64,000 nt of DNA from Gemmatimonadota bacterium (GTDB taxonomy: Bacteria; Gemmatimonadota; Gemmatimonadetes; Gemmatimonadales; Gemmatimonadaceae), in assembly GCA_016714015.1 (NCBI GenBank), contig JADJNZ010000009.1, positions 56,321-120,320 of the forward strand. Direction: 5' to 3'. The notes under the pieces are model-generated. The model was not told where the DNA came from. It was given only the letters and a program-made list of their open reading frames with translations, and searched no databases. The translations under genes and the position numbers were made by a program. This document shows, one piece after another, positions 40,379 through 50,016 of the stretch. The first letter of the stretch is position 1; every line of letters starts with the position of its first letter.

Positions 40379-40909
40379 ATGAGTCGCTCGCCCATCATCC
40401 GATACGCCAACGACTGGCTGCATTCACGAACGGCCTTGCTCGGGTACGCGGGCGCGTTCGCCGCCGAGGCTCGCGCGCTCTCGGGGGTCGTGCGCATTGC
40501 CCTGCTCGGATCGATCCTGACCGAGAAGCCGGATCCGAAGGACATTGATCTGCTCGTCATCGTGAGCGAGTCGTGCGACCTCGAACGCCTCGCCATGATG
40601 GCCCGCCGCGTGAAGGGTCGGGCCCAGAGCCTTGGCCGTGGCGCGGACGTGTTCCTCGGCGCCGAGAACGGGACATACCTCGGGCGCGCGTGTTCGTGGC
40701 GCGATTGTCGGCCTGGCGTGCGCAAGGCATGCGACGCGAACCATTGCGGCCGACGGCCGTTCCTCCATGACGATCTGCAAACCATCACGCTGCCGACGGA
40801 GCTCGTTCGAGAGCCGCCGCTTGAGTTGTTTCCACATGTGCTCGCGCGGCGCGCTCTGCCCGCGGACGTAGCGAAGTGGCTCGCTGAGCTGGCCGGATCC
40901 GCAACATAA
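40379..40909 (+). CDS. Cassette 8: minimal nucleotidyltransferase-fold protein with a Cys-rich C-terminal segment
   Basis: IALLGSILTEKPDPKDIDLLV (GS..DxD), third Asp in ADVFL, C-x3-C..C-x4-C. Confidence 0.8.
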   Translation: MSRSPIIRYANDWLHSRTALLGYAGAFAAEARALSGVVRIALLGSILTEKPDPKDIDLLVIVSESCDLERLAMMARRVKGRAQSLGRGADVFLGAENGTYLGRACSWRDCRPGVRKACDANHCGRRPFLHDDLQTITLPTELVREPPLELFPHVLARRALPADVAKWLAELAGSAT

Positions 40910-41037
40910 CGGCAGTTGGTGCAGATGGCCGCGCTGGGGTAGCGGTTGGGCGGCCGCGCTTTATCGTACACTTCGGTACGGCGCGGCCGCCCAACCGCAT
41001 CTTATGGAATCGGCCACAGCACAACTTGACGTTAGGT
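40904..41037 (+). repeat. attC8
   Basis: acataac...gttaggt. Confidence 0.95.
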
Positions 41038-41105
41038 TGACCGGAATTGGCTCCGTCCGGATCACTTCACACCGCACCGTCGCCAGTTTGGAGGCTGAGT
41101 CGTCC

Positions 41106-41702
41106 ATGCCGAGTAGGACGCTGACGTACAGGTGTCTGGTTATCTCGCCGAGCGACGTGGACGAAGCGCGCGACGCCGTGTGTGACGTGTTGGGCAGATG
41201 GAATGCGTCTATCGGTGTCGCGCTCGACCTGCGCGTCGAAGCAGTTCGGTGGGAGACGCATTCCCGACCAGAACTCGGCGGACATCCGCAGTCACTCCTT
41301 GACAGCCAGGTTGTCGCCGGCGCTGACTTCGGAATCGCAGTCTTCGGTGCGCGGATTGGCACTCCCACGCTTGAATGGGAGTCTGGCTCGGTTCACGAGA
41401 TTGAGCGCCTCAGAGGTGGTGGCGCGGAAGTCATGGTCTACTTCGACGCGGGTGCGCTTCCGCGCGATGTAGATCTCGCTCAGCTCGAAGCACTGCGCGC
41501 GTTCCAAACTCGAGTGCGCACACAGGGAATCGTATTTGAGTACAGCTCTCTCTCTGATCTGCGCGAGCACATCATGCATCACGTCACCACGCTGCTCGGC
41601 AGTCGCGCAAACCACGAGCGCTTTAGCACCTTCATTGAGAAGCGCACGAGCGACCCGGACTCGCCACGCGAAGGGCAGATCTGGCTTCGCACCGATCTGT
41701 GA
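41106..41702 (+). CDS. Cassette 9: DUF4062/TIR-NDT-like Rossmann-fold protein
   Basis: LVISPSDVDEARDAV, VRWE, ADFGIAVFGARIGTPT, SGSVHEIE, VMVYF. Confidence 0.75.
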   Translation: MPSRTLTYRCLVISPSDVDEARDAVCDVLGRWNASIGVALDLRVEAVRWETHSRPELGGHPQSLLDSQVVAGADFGIAVFGARIGTPTLEWESGSVHEIERLRGGGAEVMVYFDAGALPRDVDLAQLEALRAFQTRVRTQGIVFEYSSLSDLREHIMHHVTTLLGSRANHERFSTFIEKRTSDPDSPREGQIWLRTDL

Positions 41703-41720
41703 CTGCGAGTTGCGCGAGCA

Positions 41721-41854
41721 ACCTAACGGAGGTTGGTGCAGACGGCCGCGGTAGCGAAGCAGGTGGGCGGCCACGCTCTGTCGTACCTTTCGGTAGCGCG
41801 TGGCCGCCCACCTGCATTTTATGAAAGCGGCCGCAGCACAACCAAACGTTAGCC
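41721..41854 (+). repeat. attC9
   Basis: acctaac...gttagcc. Confidence 0.95.
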
Positions 41855-41872
41855 ATTTGCAGAGGCCTTCGC

Positions 41873-42634
41873 GTGAGTGAAGTCGTCGGAGCTCCCGGTC
41901 GGTTCCTGACCGCGCAGTGGCGCGACTTGCTCATGCTCAACTTTGTCGTCGACCCGCGCCTGCTCGCATCGTACGTGCCTGCCGGCACAGAACTGGATCT
42001 GTGGCAGGGCGAGGCAATCGTGAGTGTCGTCGGATTCCGATTCGTCGACACGAGATTGCTGGGCCTGCCTCTCCCCGGGCACCGGAACTTTGAGGAGGTC
42101 AATCTCCGCTTCTATGTGCGCCGGCACGAGCCGACCGAAGTGCGCCGCGCCGTTGTCTTCATCCGCGAACTCGTTCCGCGACGGGCCATCGCGTGGGTCG
42201 CCAAAGCATGGTACAACGAGCCCTATCGCGCGCTGCGCATGAGGCACACGGTGCTCGCGCAGGGCGACGACCGCTCGGTCCGCTATGAGTGGCGTGAGGG
42301 CAGCGTCTGGACCGGGCTAGCGGCGCGCACCGTCGGCGCACCGTCCGCGCTTGTTCCAGGATCGGAGGCCGAGTTCATCACGGAACACTATTGGGGCTAC
42401 ACTCGCCAGCGCGACGGCGGCACCGTCGAGTACCAGGTGGCGCATCCATCGTGGCGCGTGTGGGCGGCGCATGACGCCACGCTCAGCGGCGACATCGCCG
42501 TGACCTACGGTGACGCGTTTGCCCCTGCGCTCGGTGGCGCGCCGCGGTCGGCGTTCGTGGCCGAGGGCTCGCCCATCACCGTGTATCGTCCCCGTCGCCT
42601 CTCGTTGGTCGAGCACGGCGCGCGCAATGGCTAA
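41873..42634 (+). CDS. Cassette 10: DUF2071/YqjF-family protein
   Basis: FLTAQWRDLLMLNF, FEEVNLRFYVR, EFITEHYWGY. Confidence 0.88.
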   Translation: MSEVVGAPGRFLTAQWRDLLMLNFVVDPRLLASYVPAGTELDLWQGEAIVSVVGFRFVDTRLLGLPLPGHRNFEEVNLRFYVRRHEPTEVRRAVVFIRELVPRRAIAWVAKAWYNEPYRALRMRHTVLAQGDDRSVRYEWREGSVWTGLAARTVGAPSALVPGSEAEFITEHYWGYTRQRDGGTVEYQVAHPSWRVWAAHDATLSGDIAVTYGDAFAPALGGAPRSAFVAEGSPITVYRPRRLSLVEHGARNG

Positions 42635-42762
42635 CGGAGGTTGGTGCAGTCGGCCGCGCTAGGGAAGCAGGTGGGCGGCCGCGCTTTGTCGTACCTTGAG
42701 GTACGGCGCGGCCGCCCACCTGCATCTTATGAAAGCGGCCGCAGCACAACCAAACGTTAGGG
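42629..42762 (+). repeat. attC10
   Basis: ggctaac...gttaggg. Confidence 0.95.
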
Positions 42763-42782
42763 CGACTTCCGCGAAGGAGAGA

Positions 42783-43853
42783 ATGGAATCCGCAGAGTCT
42801 CGAGACCAGATCTTGACTCGTCTCGTCCGATGGACGCTTCTTGGCATCGGCACACTACCGACGGCCTTATTTGCTCAGGTGGTCGTGCGCGTGACCGACC
42901 CGGCGAATCATGCAGTTTCCGCTGCAATCGTTGAGTTCTGGTCCGCGAACGAACGCGTCGCAACGCGCGTGACCGACTCCGACGGTCTCGCGCGGTTCGT
43001 CGCGGGCGAACGCGCCCGTTCGAACGCCGCGATCGTCCGCCGGATTGGATTCCTTCCCGGTCACCTGGTCCTAGGCAGCACCAGCGACACCGTGGTCGTG
43101 AGCATGGAGCCTCTATCGGGCAGCCTGCCTTCCGTTACGGTGCTCGCGGCCCGCCAGGCATGCCCGCAGACCGATAGCCCCGAAGCGCGGAAGCTGTGGC
43201 AAGAGATTGCCTCTCGATACGAGACTCCGTCGACTCAAGGGAGGAAGGCGAACGTCGAGGAACGCCGAGCAACTGTTGCGGAAGACCAAGTGGGAGCCGT
43301 CGGCATCGGTAACCCGAGAACCGGCTGGCGTTTCTATACTCACGGCGGGATGACCGGAGCGCGAGCCAGCTTCGCCCAACGAGGATACATCCAGCCGCTC
43401 ACGGGGACTCACTCTTACGACGACTTCGGCGCTTGGCGCTATCCTCCTCTCCACGCTGAGATGGCCGGACACTTCGTCGATGCGATCTTCGGCGAGGCAC
43501 ACACGCTGACCCTGAGTCGTGCTGGCTCCCGGAATATCGTATTGCGCTTCTGCGCGCGTGACCGGCGCCGTAACGGACTGGATGGTGTCATGCGCGTGGG
43601 CGAATCGGGCGGCCTCGCGGATGCTCGCTGGACCTACTGGAATCCTGCCCGCGACGGGGAGTCGGCCGGTGGTGAGGTTGTATTCACTCCGCTCGCGGAG
43701 TCGGGGCACGCCCCTCTGTTCTCGGCGAGCGGCTTATTCTGGCGACGCCTACCGTCGAAGCGCTATCTCCAGAGCTGGCAGGACTACTCCGCCTGGGAGC
43801 TTCTCGCGGACAGTGTAGGAACCAATAGCGCGAGCCGCCGGCCCGCGCCCTAA
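42783..43853 (+). CDS. Cassette 11: secreted protein with a carboxypeptidase-regulatory-like N-terminal domain
   Basis: VTDSDGLARF, VRRIGFLP, LPSVTV; AGGAG RBS. Confidence 0.75.
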   Translation: MESAESRDQILTRLVRWTLLGIGTLPTALFAQVVVRVTDPANHAVSAAIVEFWSANERVATRVTDSDGLARFVAGERARSNAAIVRRIGFLPGHLVLGSTSDTVVVSMEPLSGSLPSVTVLAARQACPQTDSPEARKLWQEIASRYETPSTQGRKANVEERRATVAEDQVGAVGIGNPRTGWRFYTHGGMTGARASFAQRGYIQPLTGTHSYDDFGAWRYPPLHAEMAGHFVDAIFGEAHTLTLSRAGSRNIVLRFCARDRRRNGLDGVMRVGESGGLADARWTYWNPARDGESAGGEVVFTPLAESGHAPLFSASGLFWRRLPSKRYLQSWQDYSAWELLADSVGTNSASRRPAP

Positions 43854-43981
43854 CGGCAGTTGGTGACCGACGGCCGTCTAGGGTAGCAGGTGGGCGGCCG
43901 CGCCTTGTCGTACCTTTCGGTACGGCGCGGCCGCCCACCTGCATTTTATGAAAGCGGCCGCGGCACAACTTGACGTTATGC
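43848..43981 (+). repeat. attC11
   Basis: ccctaac...gttatgc. Confidence 0.95.
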
Positions 43982-44631
43982 CTACGGAGACGAGAATGGC
44001 GCGAGCGGATAGTGGGCGCATTCTCCGCGCGAGTGCGGCCTGTGTGCTCGCTTCCTGCATCGCGTCGGGCGCTGGCGCGCAAGCGAACACACGATCCGTG
44101 TCGGCCCCCGACACTGCGGCCTTCTACACGTGGTGGGTTCGAGCGCACTCGACGGACCTCAGCGCAGAGGCTGATACCGTCGGGTTCAGACTCCCGACTG
44201 GTGTGCGTCGCATCGGCCTCGCTCTCGCGACGATTCGCGCGAGTACTGGAGTGCGTCGTCGGCCCCCGCTGAAGGACCTCGTAGGGAAGTGGCGTGTCGG
44301 AATCCTCGCGTCCGTCGACGCTGAGGACCTCGTGGTCTGGGTTCCCGATGACAGCCTTGAGCTCAATCGTAACGACGTGGCGTGTCGGCCGCGGCGCAGT
44401 TGGCTCAGCGTCGTGCCTTCGGGCCAGTGGTTGAGCGTCGACCTGGATCCGAGTTGCGACGAGACGTATGGAAGCGACGAGGTGGACTTCACGCTCTATT
44501 GGCTTGGGATGGATCGGTGGCCGCACGTGCAGATTACGACAAATGGGCCTGCCTGCGTGCCGTCCCGCCTCTATCGCTTCGATCCCCGGGAACAGCGATA
44601 TGTCGAGGCGCGCGAGGCGTGCGCCGGATAG
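43978..44631 (+). CDS. Cassette 12: secreted hypothetical protein
   Basis: Signal-like N-terminus ending AGAQA; fills cassette. Confidence 0.7.
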   Translation: MPTETRMARADSGRILRASAACVLASCIASGAGAQANTRSVSAPDTAAFYTWWVRAHSTDLSAEADTVGFRLPTGVRRIGLALATIRASTGVRRRPPLKDLVGKWRVGILASVDAEDLVVWVPDDSLELNRNDVACRPRRSWLSVVPSGQWLSVDLDPSCDETYGSDEVDFTLYWLGMDRWPHVQITTNGPACVPSRLYRFDPREQRYVEAREACAG

Positions 44632-44646
44632 TCTGGCGCGCCCGAG

Positions 44647-44780
44647 GCATAACGGCAGTTGGTGCAGACGGCCGCGCTGGGGTAGCGGTTGGGCGGCCGT
44701 GCTTTATCGTACCTGAAGGTACCGCACGGCCGCCCAACCGCATTTCATGAAAGCGGCCGCAGCACAACTTGACGTTATGC
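44647..44780 (+). repeat. attC12
   Basis: gcataac...gttatgc. Confidence 0.95.
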
Positions 44781-45301
44781 CTGCACTGACGAAGATCATG
44801 ACCCTATTTCAGCGTGCTTCGTTTGCTGTGGCCGTCAGCGCCGCCTGTCTGCCTTCGGGCGGTCAGGCGCAGGACGGCAGAAGTGGCCTATTGCTCCAGC
44901 CGCCCGCCAGCACAGCGCCCTTGCTCTGCCGTCGCGTCCCTCGCGATGATGCGATATCGCCGCGGGCGGCTCTCGTTCTTGAGTTTCGCTACGGAACGGA
45001 TACGTCGCTCTACGACCTCGGGCAGGGAATGTCGCTGAATACGCGCCGTATCACCGTTGCCTGGGACTCGACGGGCAGGCCCCTTCTAGCGAGGTCGTCG
45101 TTCACACGCGACGTCGCGGTTGCGGCGCGCCTTGGTTTCGAGGTGCGCGCGACCGCGGACGGCGCGCTCAGTGGCGAGTGGACTGATCGCGACGCGAACG
45201 GAAAGCCGGCCGTGGTACCTCTCAGCCACGAGGAGTCGAACCGTGTGGAGGCGCTCATGCGGTGGCTCTGGTCACGTCGGTGCGAAGGTCGTACCCCGTG
45301 A
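44777..45301 (+). CDS. Cassette 13: secreted hypothetical protein
   Basis: Signal-like ASFAVAVSAACLPSGGQA. Confidence 0.7.
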   Translation: MPALTKIMTLFQRASFAVAVSAACLPSGGQAQDGRSGLLLQPPASTAPLLCRRVPRDDAISPRAALVLEFRYGTDTSLYDLGQGMSLNTRRITVAWDSTGRPLLARSSFTRDVAVAARLGFEVRATADGALSGEWTDRDANGKPAVVPLSHEESNRVEALMRWLWSRRCEGRTP

Positions 45302-45302
45302 G

Positions 45303-45436
45303 GCATAACGGAGGTTGGTGCAGACGGCCGCGGTAGCGAAGCAGGTGGGCGGCCGCGCTCTGTCGTACCTTTCGGTACAGCGCGGCCGCCCACCTGCATC
45401 TTATGAAAGCGGCCGCAGCACAACCAAACGTTAGGC
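45303..45436 (+). repeat. attC13
   Basis: gcataac...gttaggc. Confidence 0.95.
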
Positions 45437-45438
45437 GA

Positions 45439-46667
45439 TGCGGAGTCAGAGGGTCATTGCAACACCATCCATCTTTCTCAGCATGGAGGTGTGCATGGAA
45501 CTCAGCAGCAGCAGTCCGCGGGGCTTCACGTCGGAGCAGCGCGGCCTCCTATGGACGTGGCATCGCGAGGGCATCGCGCGACGGGCGATCGCCGAGCGGC
45601 TCGGCAAGCTGCCGGGCTCCGTTCACTTCATCATACGCGAAGCCGGTGGGATCGCCCCACGCCAGCGCGCCCGGTCGCCGCATCAACTCTCCCTCGCGGA
45701 TCGGGAAGCGATCGAACGGGCGCTGGCGCGGGGCTCGAACTATCGGCAGATCGCGCGCTGGCTCGGGCGGGCGCCGTCGACCATCTCGCGCGAGGTCGAG
45801 CGCCATGGCGGCCCCGATATCTACTGTGCGGTGCGGGCTGACATCGCGGCCTGGGTGGCCGCGCGGCGGCCGAAGGTCTGTCGTCTGGCGACGCATCGCC
45901 CGCTCCGACGGCTCGTCGCCGCGAAGCTGCGCCTGCCGTGGTCCCCGCGCCAGATTAGTCGGTGGCTACGGCGCACCGCGCCGCACTCCCCGGAGCTTCA
46001 GGTGTCGCACGAGACGATCTACCAGTCGCTCTACATTCAGTCGCGCAATGTGCTGCGGAAGGAGCTGACGCAGGAGCTGCGGCGTCGACGCGTCGTGCGC
46101 GTGGCGCGCACGGCGACCCGGAAACGGCAAGGGCGCGGGCAGATCGTCGACGCGATCCCAATCAGCCAGCGACCGCCGGACGTCGCCGATCGCGCGGTCC
46201 CTGGCCACTGGGAAGGCGATCTCATCGCCGGGCGGAACAACAGCTACATCGCCACGCTCGTCGAGCGCACGACGCGCTTCGTCATTCTGGTGAAGGTCCC
46301 GAGCAAGGAGACGACGACCGTCATCCCGGCGCTCATCCGTCAGATCAAACGACTGCCGGCGCACCTGAAGCGATCGCTCACCTGGGACCGCGGCACCGAG
46401 CTTGCCCACCATCGCGTCTTCTCGGTGGCCACCGGCGTGCAGGTCTACTTCTGCGATCCGCAGAGCCCGTGGCAGCGCGGGTCGAACGAGAACACGAACG
46501 GCCTGCTGCGGCAGTACTTCCCGAAAGGCGTGGATCTCTCCAGCTTCACGCAGCGACAGTTGGACGCGGTGGCCGATCGGCTGAACGGCCGGCCGCGGGA
46601 GACGCTGGGGTTCGAGTGCCCGGCGGAAGTGATTGCTCGGCTGTTGCGTTGATCACCTGATTCTACC
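45439..46667 (+). mobile_element. IS30-family insertion sequence
   Basis: Imperfect 26-bp inverted repeats (17/26) at 45439-45464 and 46642-46667; GA dinucleotide on both flanks. Confidence 0.88.
45495..46652 (+). CDS. IS30-family DDE transposase
   Basis: RAPSTISREV, VSHETIYQSLY, GHWEGDLI, LTWDRGTE, WQRGSNENTNGLLRQYFPK. Confidence 0.97.
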   Translation: MELSSSSPRGFTSEQRGLLWTWHREGIARRAIAERLGKLPGSVHFIIREAGGIAPRQRARSPHQLSLADREAIERALARGSNYRQIARWLGRAPSTISREVERHGGPDIYCAVRADIAAWVAARRPKVCRLATHRPLRRLVAAKLRLPWSPRQISRWLRRTAPHSPELQVSHETIYQSLYIQSRNVLRKELTQELRRRRVVRVARTATRKRQGRGQIVDAIPISQRPPDVADRAVPGHWEGDLIAGRNNSYIATLVERTTRFVILVKVPSKETTTVIPALIRQIKRLPAHLKRSLTWDRGTELAHHRVFSVATGVQVYFCDPQSPWQRGSNENTNGLLRQYFPKGVDLSSFTQRQLDAVADRLNGRPRETLGFECPAEVIARLLR

Positions 46668-46682
46668 GAACTCCCACCATCT

Positions 46683-47036
46683 GTGCTGGACCAGCAACGC
46701 ATTCAGTCCCTCGTGGACTTGCAGCTATCCTCGATCGCGGATCCGAGAGTTGCCGATGCTATCCGGCAACTGCTCGTCGTCCCGCGTGAAGAGCCGCGCC
46801 CTTGGGACTACGGCTTGCCGGATCACTCATATGCTTGCTGGATGGTTCTTGAGCATGCGGCCTCGAATACCGGCATCTGCTACTGTGCTCAGGGATTCGG
46901 GCCCAAGTCTCCGTGGGGCCTCCTGTTCCTCAAGGGCCCGCACAAAGGCATGGGCATGGACTCCTCGTGGTTTCAATCGCTCGAAGAGGCGTTCAGGGAT
47001 TCGCACGCGTTCGATCTCGGTAGCGAGTCGAGCTGA
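46683..47036 (+). CDS. Cassette 14: hypothetical protein (cassette 5' end interrupted by IS30)
   Basis: 117 aa filling the remaining cassette. Confidence 0.75.
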   Translation: MLDQQRIQSLVDLQLSSIADPRVADAIRQLLVVPREEPRPWDYGLPDHSYACWMVLEHAASNTGICYCAQGFGPKSPWGLLFLKGPHKGMGMDSSWFQSLEEAFRDSHAFDLGSESS

Positions 47037-47078
47037 CGGTGCGTGTAGGCTCATGTGCCGCGAGTCGCGCGCGCGGTC

Positions 47079-47212
47079 GCCTAACGGAGGTTGGTGCAGT
47101 CGGCCGCGTTAGGGAAGCAGGTGGGCGGCCGCGCTTTATCGTACACTTCGGTACGGCGCGGCCGCCCACCTGCATTTTATGAAAGCGGCCGCAGCACAAC
47201 CAAACGTTAGCC
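47079..47212 (+). repeat. attC14
   Basis: gcctaac...gttagcc. Confidence 0.95.
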
Positions 47213-47225
47213 GGAGCAACAAGCA

Positions 47226-47720
47226 ATGCTGCTACGCCTGTTGTTACTGCTTGCGTTCCTCGCGCCGCCAGGGATCGCACAGGAACGCCTGGAGCCTGAC
47301 GTGCTTGCGGCAATCGCTAGGCTCGGTGAACGGCGTACTCTGAACCTCGTCTCGGGGTGGCGGGACTCAATTCCGGTGCGGACTCTCGTCCTGTCTGCGC
47401 GAGGCTTCTCGTCAGCGGATTCCGGGCTTGTGCTCGCGCCGCTGCGCGCGGCATTCGGCGCGAACGAGCCGGACTCGCTGCCCGCGCATTGGTTTAGCGT
47501 CGAGATCAGATTGCGCAGCGTTTCCGTCGACACCGTTGTGATTGAGTGGAGCGAGGTAGTAGACTCTCGCTGCCCGAAAGTCGGTGAGTGGGGCACCATG
47601 CTCATCGAAACGTTGCCGTTCACGCGAGCACCAGACGGCAAGTGGTCGAGTAGTACGTCTGGAGAGTTCGGTCAGACGCGTTGGCTTGCCTCTTGCCCCG
47701 ATCGGTCCCCGCCCGGCTAA
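47226..47720 (+). CDS. Cassette 15: secreted hypothetical protein
   Basis: MLLRLLLLLAFLAPPGIA signal; duplicated as cassette 21. Confidence 0.8.
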   Translation: MLLRLLLLLAFLAPPGIAQERLEPDVLAAIARLGERRTLNLVSGWRDSIPVRTLVLSARGFSSADSGLVLAPLRAAFGANEPDSLPAHWFSVEIRLRSVSVDTVVIEWSEVVDSRCPKVGEWGTMLIETLPFTRAPDGKWSSSTSGEFGQTRWLASCPDRSPPG

Positions 47721-47847
47721 CGACGGTTGGTGACCGATGGCCGGTTAGGGTAGCAGGTTGGCGGCCGCGCTTTATCGTTCCTTTCGGACCGGCGCGGCCG
47801 CCAACCTGCATCTATTTGAACGGCCACGGCACAACCTGACGTTAGAC
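47715..47847 (+). repeat. attC15
   Basis: ggctaac...gttagac. Confidence 0.95.
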
Positions 47848-47849
47848 CG

Positions 47850-48461
47850 ATGAGCAATCTTCGCACCCTAGCACACTTGTTGGCCTTCGTTGCCGCGGCG
47901 GCGCCGGCATCGCGTGTTCGTGCGCAGAGCGCATTCGACTGGGAACGGCGCGTTGGGATAGTGGTCACTGAGCCAGCCGGCTCGCACTGCCTGTGGATCA
48001 GATCCGACAGCATTGCGCCGGGTTCGGCGGTTCTCCTCGCGAGCCCGGTGGATTCGTCAGCGGTCGTGACTGCACGCCTGTTGCGCCGTCGCTCCGCACC
48101 GTGCCCAGCTCCCGACCCGGACATCCCCCTCGCCGATGCGCACTACGACATCGGGGTGCTGAGTAGTGTGCGCCCACAGCCCGGGAGCGTGTGGTTCGCC
48201 GCTCTTGCTGCTCCAGGCGCACTTGTTGCGACGGGCGACGGCATTCGTGGTGATCTCGACGGTGACGGAAACTTGGAGACGCTCCGCGTCTGCACGTCCA
48301 TGGAAGGCCTGCACCTTACCGTGTGGACCGGAACTCCTCTCACGGGGCATCGACGCTGGCACCGCTACTTCTACCTCCAGTATGACGTCGAGCCCACGTG
48401 CGACGAGCGAGACTTCCAGGATCCGAAAGCATCGCCGAAGCGAACGCCGCCATCGTCGTAG
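47850..48461 (+). CDS. Cassette 16: secreted hypothetical protein
   Basis: Signal peptide; GDLDGDGNLE calcium-loop-like motif. Confidence 0.8.
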   Translation: MSNLRTLAHLLAFVAAAAPASRVRAQSAFDWERRVGIVVTEPAGSHCLWIRSDSIAPGSAVLLASPVDSSAVVTARLLRRRSAPCPAPDPDIPLADAHYDIGVLSSVRPQPGSVWFAALAAPGALVATGDGIRGDLDGDGNLETLRVCTSMEGLHLTVWTGTPLTGHRRWHRYFYLQYDVEPTCDERDFQDPKASPKRTPPSS

Positions 48462-48465
48462 CACG

Positions 48466-48599
48466 GTCTAACGGCAGTTGGTGCAGACGGCCGCGCTGGG
48501 GTAGCGGTTGGGCGGCCGTGCTTTATCGTACCTGAAGGTACCGCACGGCCGCCCAACCGCATTTTATGGAAGCGGCCGCAGCACAACTGGACGTTAGGT
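48466..48599 (+). repeat. attC16
   Basis: gtctaac...gttaggt. Confidence 0.95.
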
Positions 48600-48624
48600 T
48601 GCCGCACATCGTTATGGAGCGTGG

Positions 48625-49035
48625 ATGAGGATGCTGTGGCTGGCTCGCATGGCCTTGGAAATTCTCTGGCCGGTGTACGCGGTTCTCGGTGCGGTTGTGA
48701 TGGCTGAAGCCTGGCGCCGTGGCGTGAAGCCGCAGACTCTCCCGGTGGCGGCGTCCAGTCGCGAATTGTCTGCAGTCGTCCTGGCTCCGTGGCTGCTCGT
48801 CCTGTGGAGTGGAGTCATGTACGGTGCGGAGCAGTATCCCTGGACTGGAGGCTTCCGCTGGGCTTCCACGATTCACTCCGTCGCCGCGCTCACCATTGCA
48901 GGCATCTCCTTTTACGCAATGGTGCGTTGGCGGCGGAACTGGACGGTGTCCGTTCCGTGCGGACTCGCGGCTTTGGCGGCCACCGCGATCAACTGGTTCG
49001 TCGGTGCCATGGCGATCGCGAACGACTGGATTTGA
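48625..49035 (+). CDS. Cassette 17: 4-TM membrane protein
   Basis: Hydrophobic helices, fills cassette. Confidence 0.8.
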   Translation: MRMLWLARMALEILWPVYAVLGAVVMAEAWRRGVKPQTLPVAASSRELSAVVLAPWLLVLWSGVMYGAEQYPWTGGFRWASTIHSVAALTIAGISFYAMVRWRRNWTVSVPCGLAALAATAINWFVGAMAIANDWI

Positions 49036-49045
49036 GCACGCGCGA

Positions 49046-49140
49046 ACCTAACGAAAGTTGGTGCAGATGGCCGCGCTATTGATGGCGGCCGCTCCGCGGC
49101 CGCAATATTGAAGCGTCCACAGCACAACTTGACGTTAGCC
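49046..49140 (+). repeat. attC17 (short class)
   Basis: acctaac...gttagcc. Confidence 0.95.
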
Positions 49141-49159
49141 TGATAGAACGAGGATCGCG

Positions 49160-49858
49160 GTGACGACAGCAGCACAGTTCGCTTCCAGCGGCTTCTGCAT
49201 CGAAGCCGACGTCGCCACGCCCACCGAGATTGCGTCGCTGGTGAATGCCGTCGCGCCGAAGCTCGGCGCGACGGGCGTGCGCGGCGGGGTGAGACATGTT
49301 CTGCGCGATATCCCCGAGGTCCGCGCGCTGGCTGAGTCCCCCGGCATGCGCCGGCTCGCCGAGGCCGCCGTCGGTGTGGGGGCGTATCCCGTTCGCGGCA
49401 TCCTGTTCGACAAGTCACCCGACGCGAACTGGAAGGTCGTGTGGCATCAGGATCTCACCATCGCGGTGCGAACGCGTCGCGACGTGCCGGGATTTGGTCC
49501 GTGGTCCGAGAAGGACGGAGCGCCGCACGTGCAGCCGCCCGCTGAGCTTCTGAGCGGCATGGTGGCGGTGCGGATGCACCTGGACGACTGCACCTCGGAG
49601 AACGGCCCCGTGTGCGTCCTGCCGGGATCGCACTTGGAAGGGCGGCTCAGTGCCGCGCAGATCGACGCGTGGCGTGAGCGCGTACCGGAAGTGGAGTGTA
49701 TCGTTCCCGCTGGAGGCGTACTGGCGTTCCACTCGTTGCTCTTGCACGCCTCGTCGCCGGCACGTGTTCCTCTACATCGACGCGTGATTCACATCGAGTA
49801 CGTCGCGCCCGACTGGCGGCGGTTGCCGTGCGACCTGGAGTGGCAGGAAGCATCGTAG
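49160..49858 (+). CDS. Cassette 18: phytanoyl-CoA dioxygenase (PhyH)-family Fe/2OG enzyme
   Basis: WHQD (HxD), RMHLDDC..ENGP, LLHAS..RRVIHIEY. Confidence 0.9.
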   Translation: MTTAAQFASSGFCIEADVATPTEIASLVNAVAPKLGATGVRGGVRHVLRDIPEVRALAESPGMRRLAEAAVGVGAYPVRGILFDKSPDANWKVVWHQDLTIAVRTRRDVPGFGPWSEKDGAPHVQPPAELLSGMVAVRMHLDDCTSENGPVCVLPGSHLEGRLSAAQIDAWRERVPEVECIVPAGGVLAFHSLLLHASSPARVPLHRRVIHIEYVAPDWRRLPCDLEWQEAS

Positions 49859-49865
49859 CGCTACA

Positions 49866-49999
49866 GGCTAACGGCAGTTGGTGCAGACGGCCGCGCTAGG
49901 GTAGCGGTTGGGCGGCCGTGCTTTATCGTACCTGAAGGTACCGCACGGCCGCCCAACCGCAGTTTATGGAAGCGGCCGCTGCACAACTTGACGTTAGGT
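49866..49999 (+). repeat. attC18
   Basis: ggctaac...gttaggt. Confidence 0.95.
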
Positions 50000-50016
50000 C
50001 GACGAGGATCGCATCT

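Noticed and set aside
45403-46068. 221-aa ORF overlapping the IS30 start
   Set aside because: Starts at the attC ATG and is an off-frame shadow of the transposase
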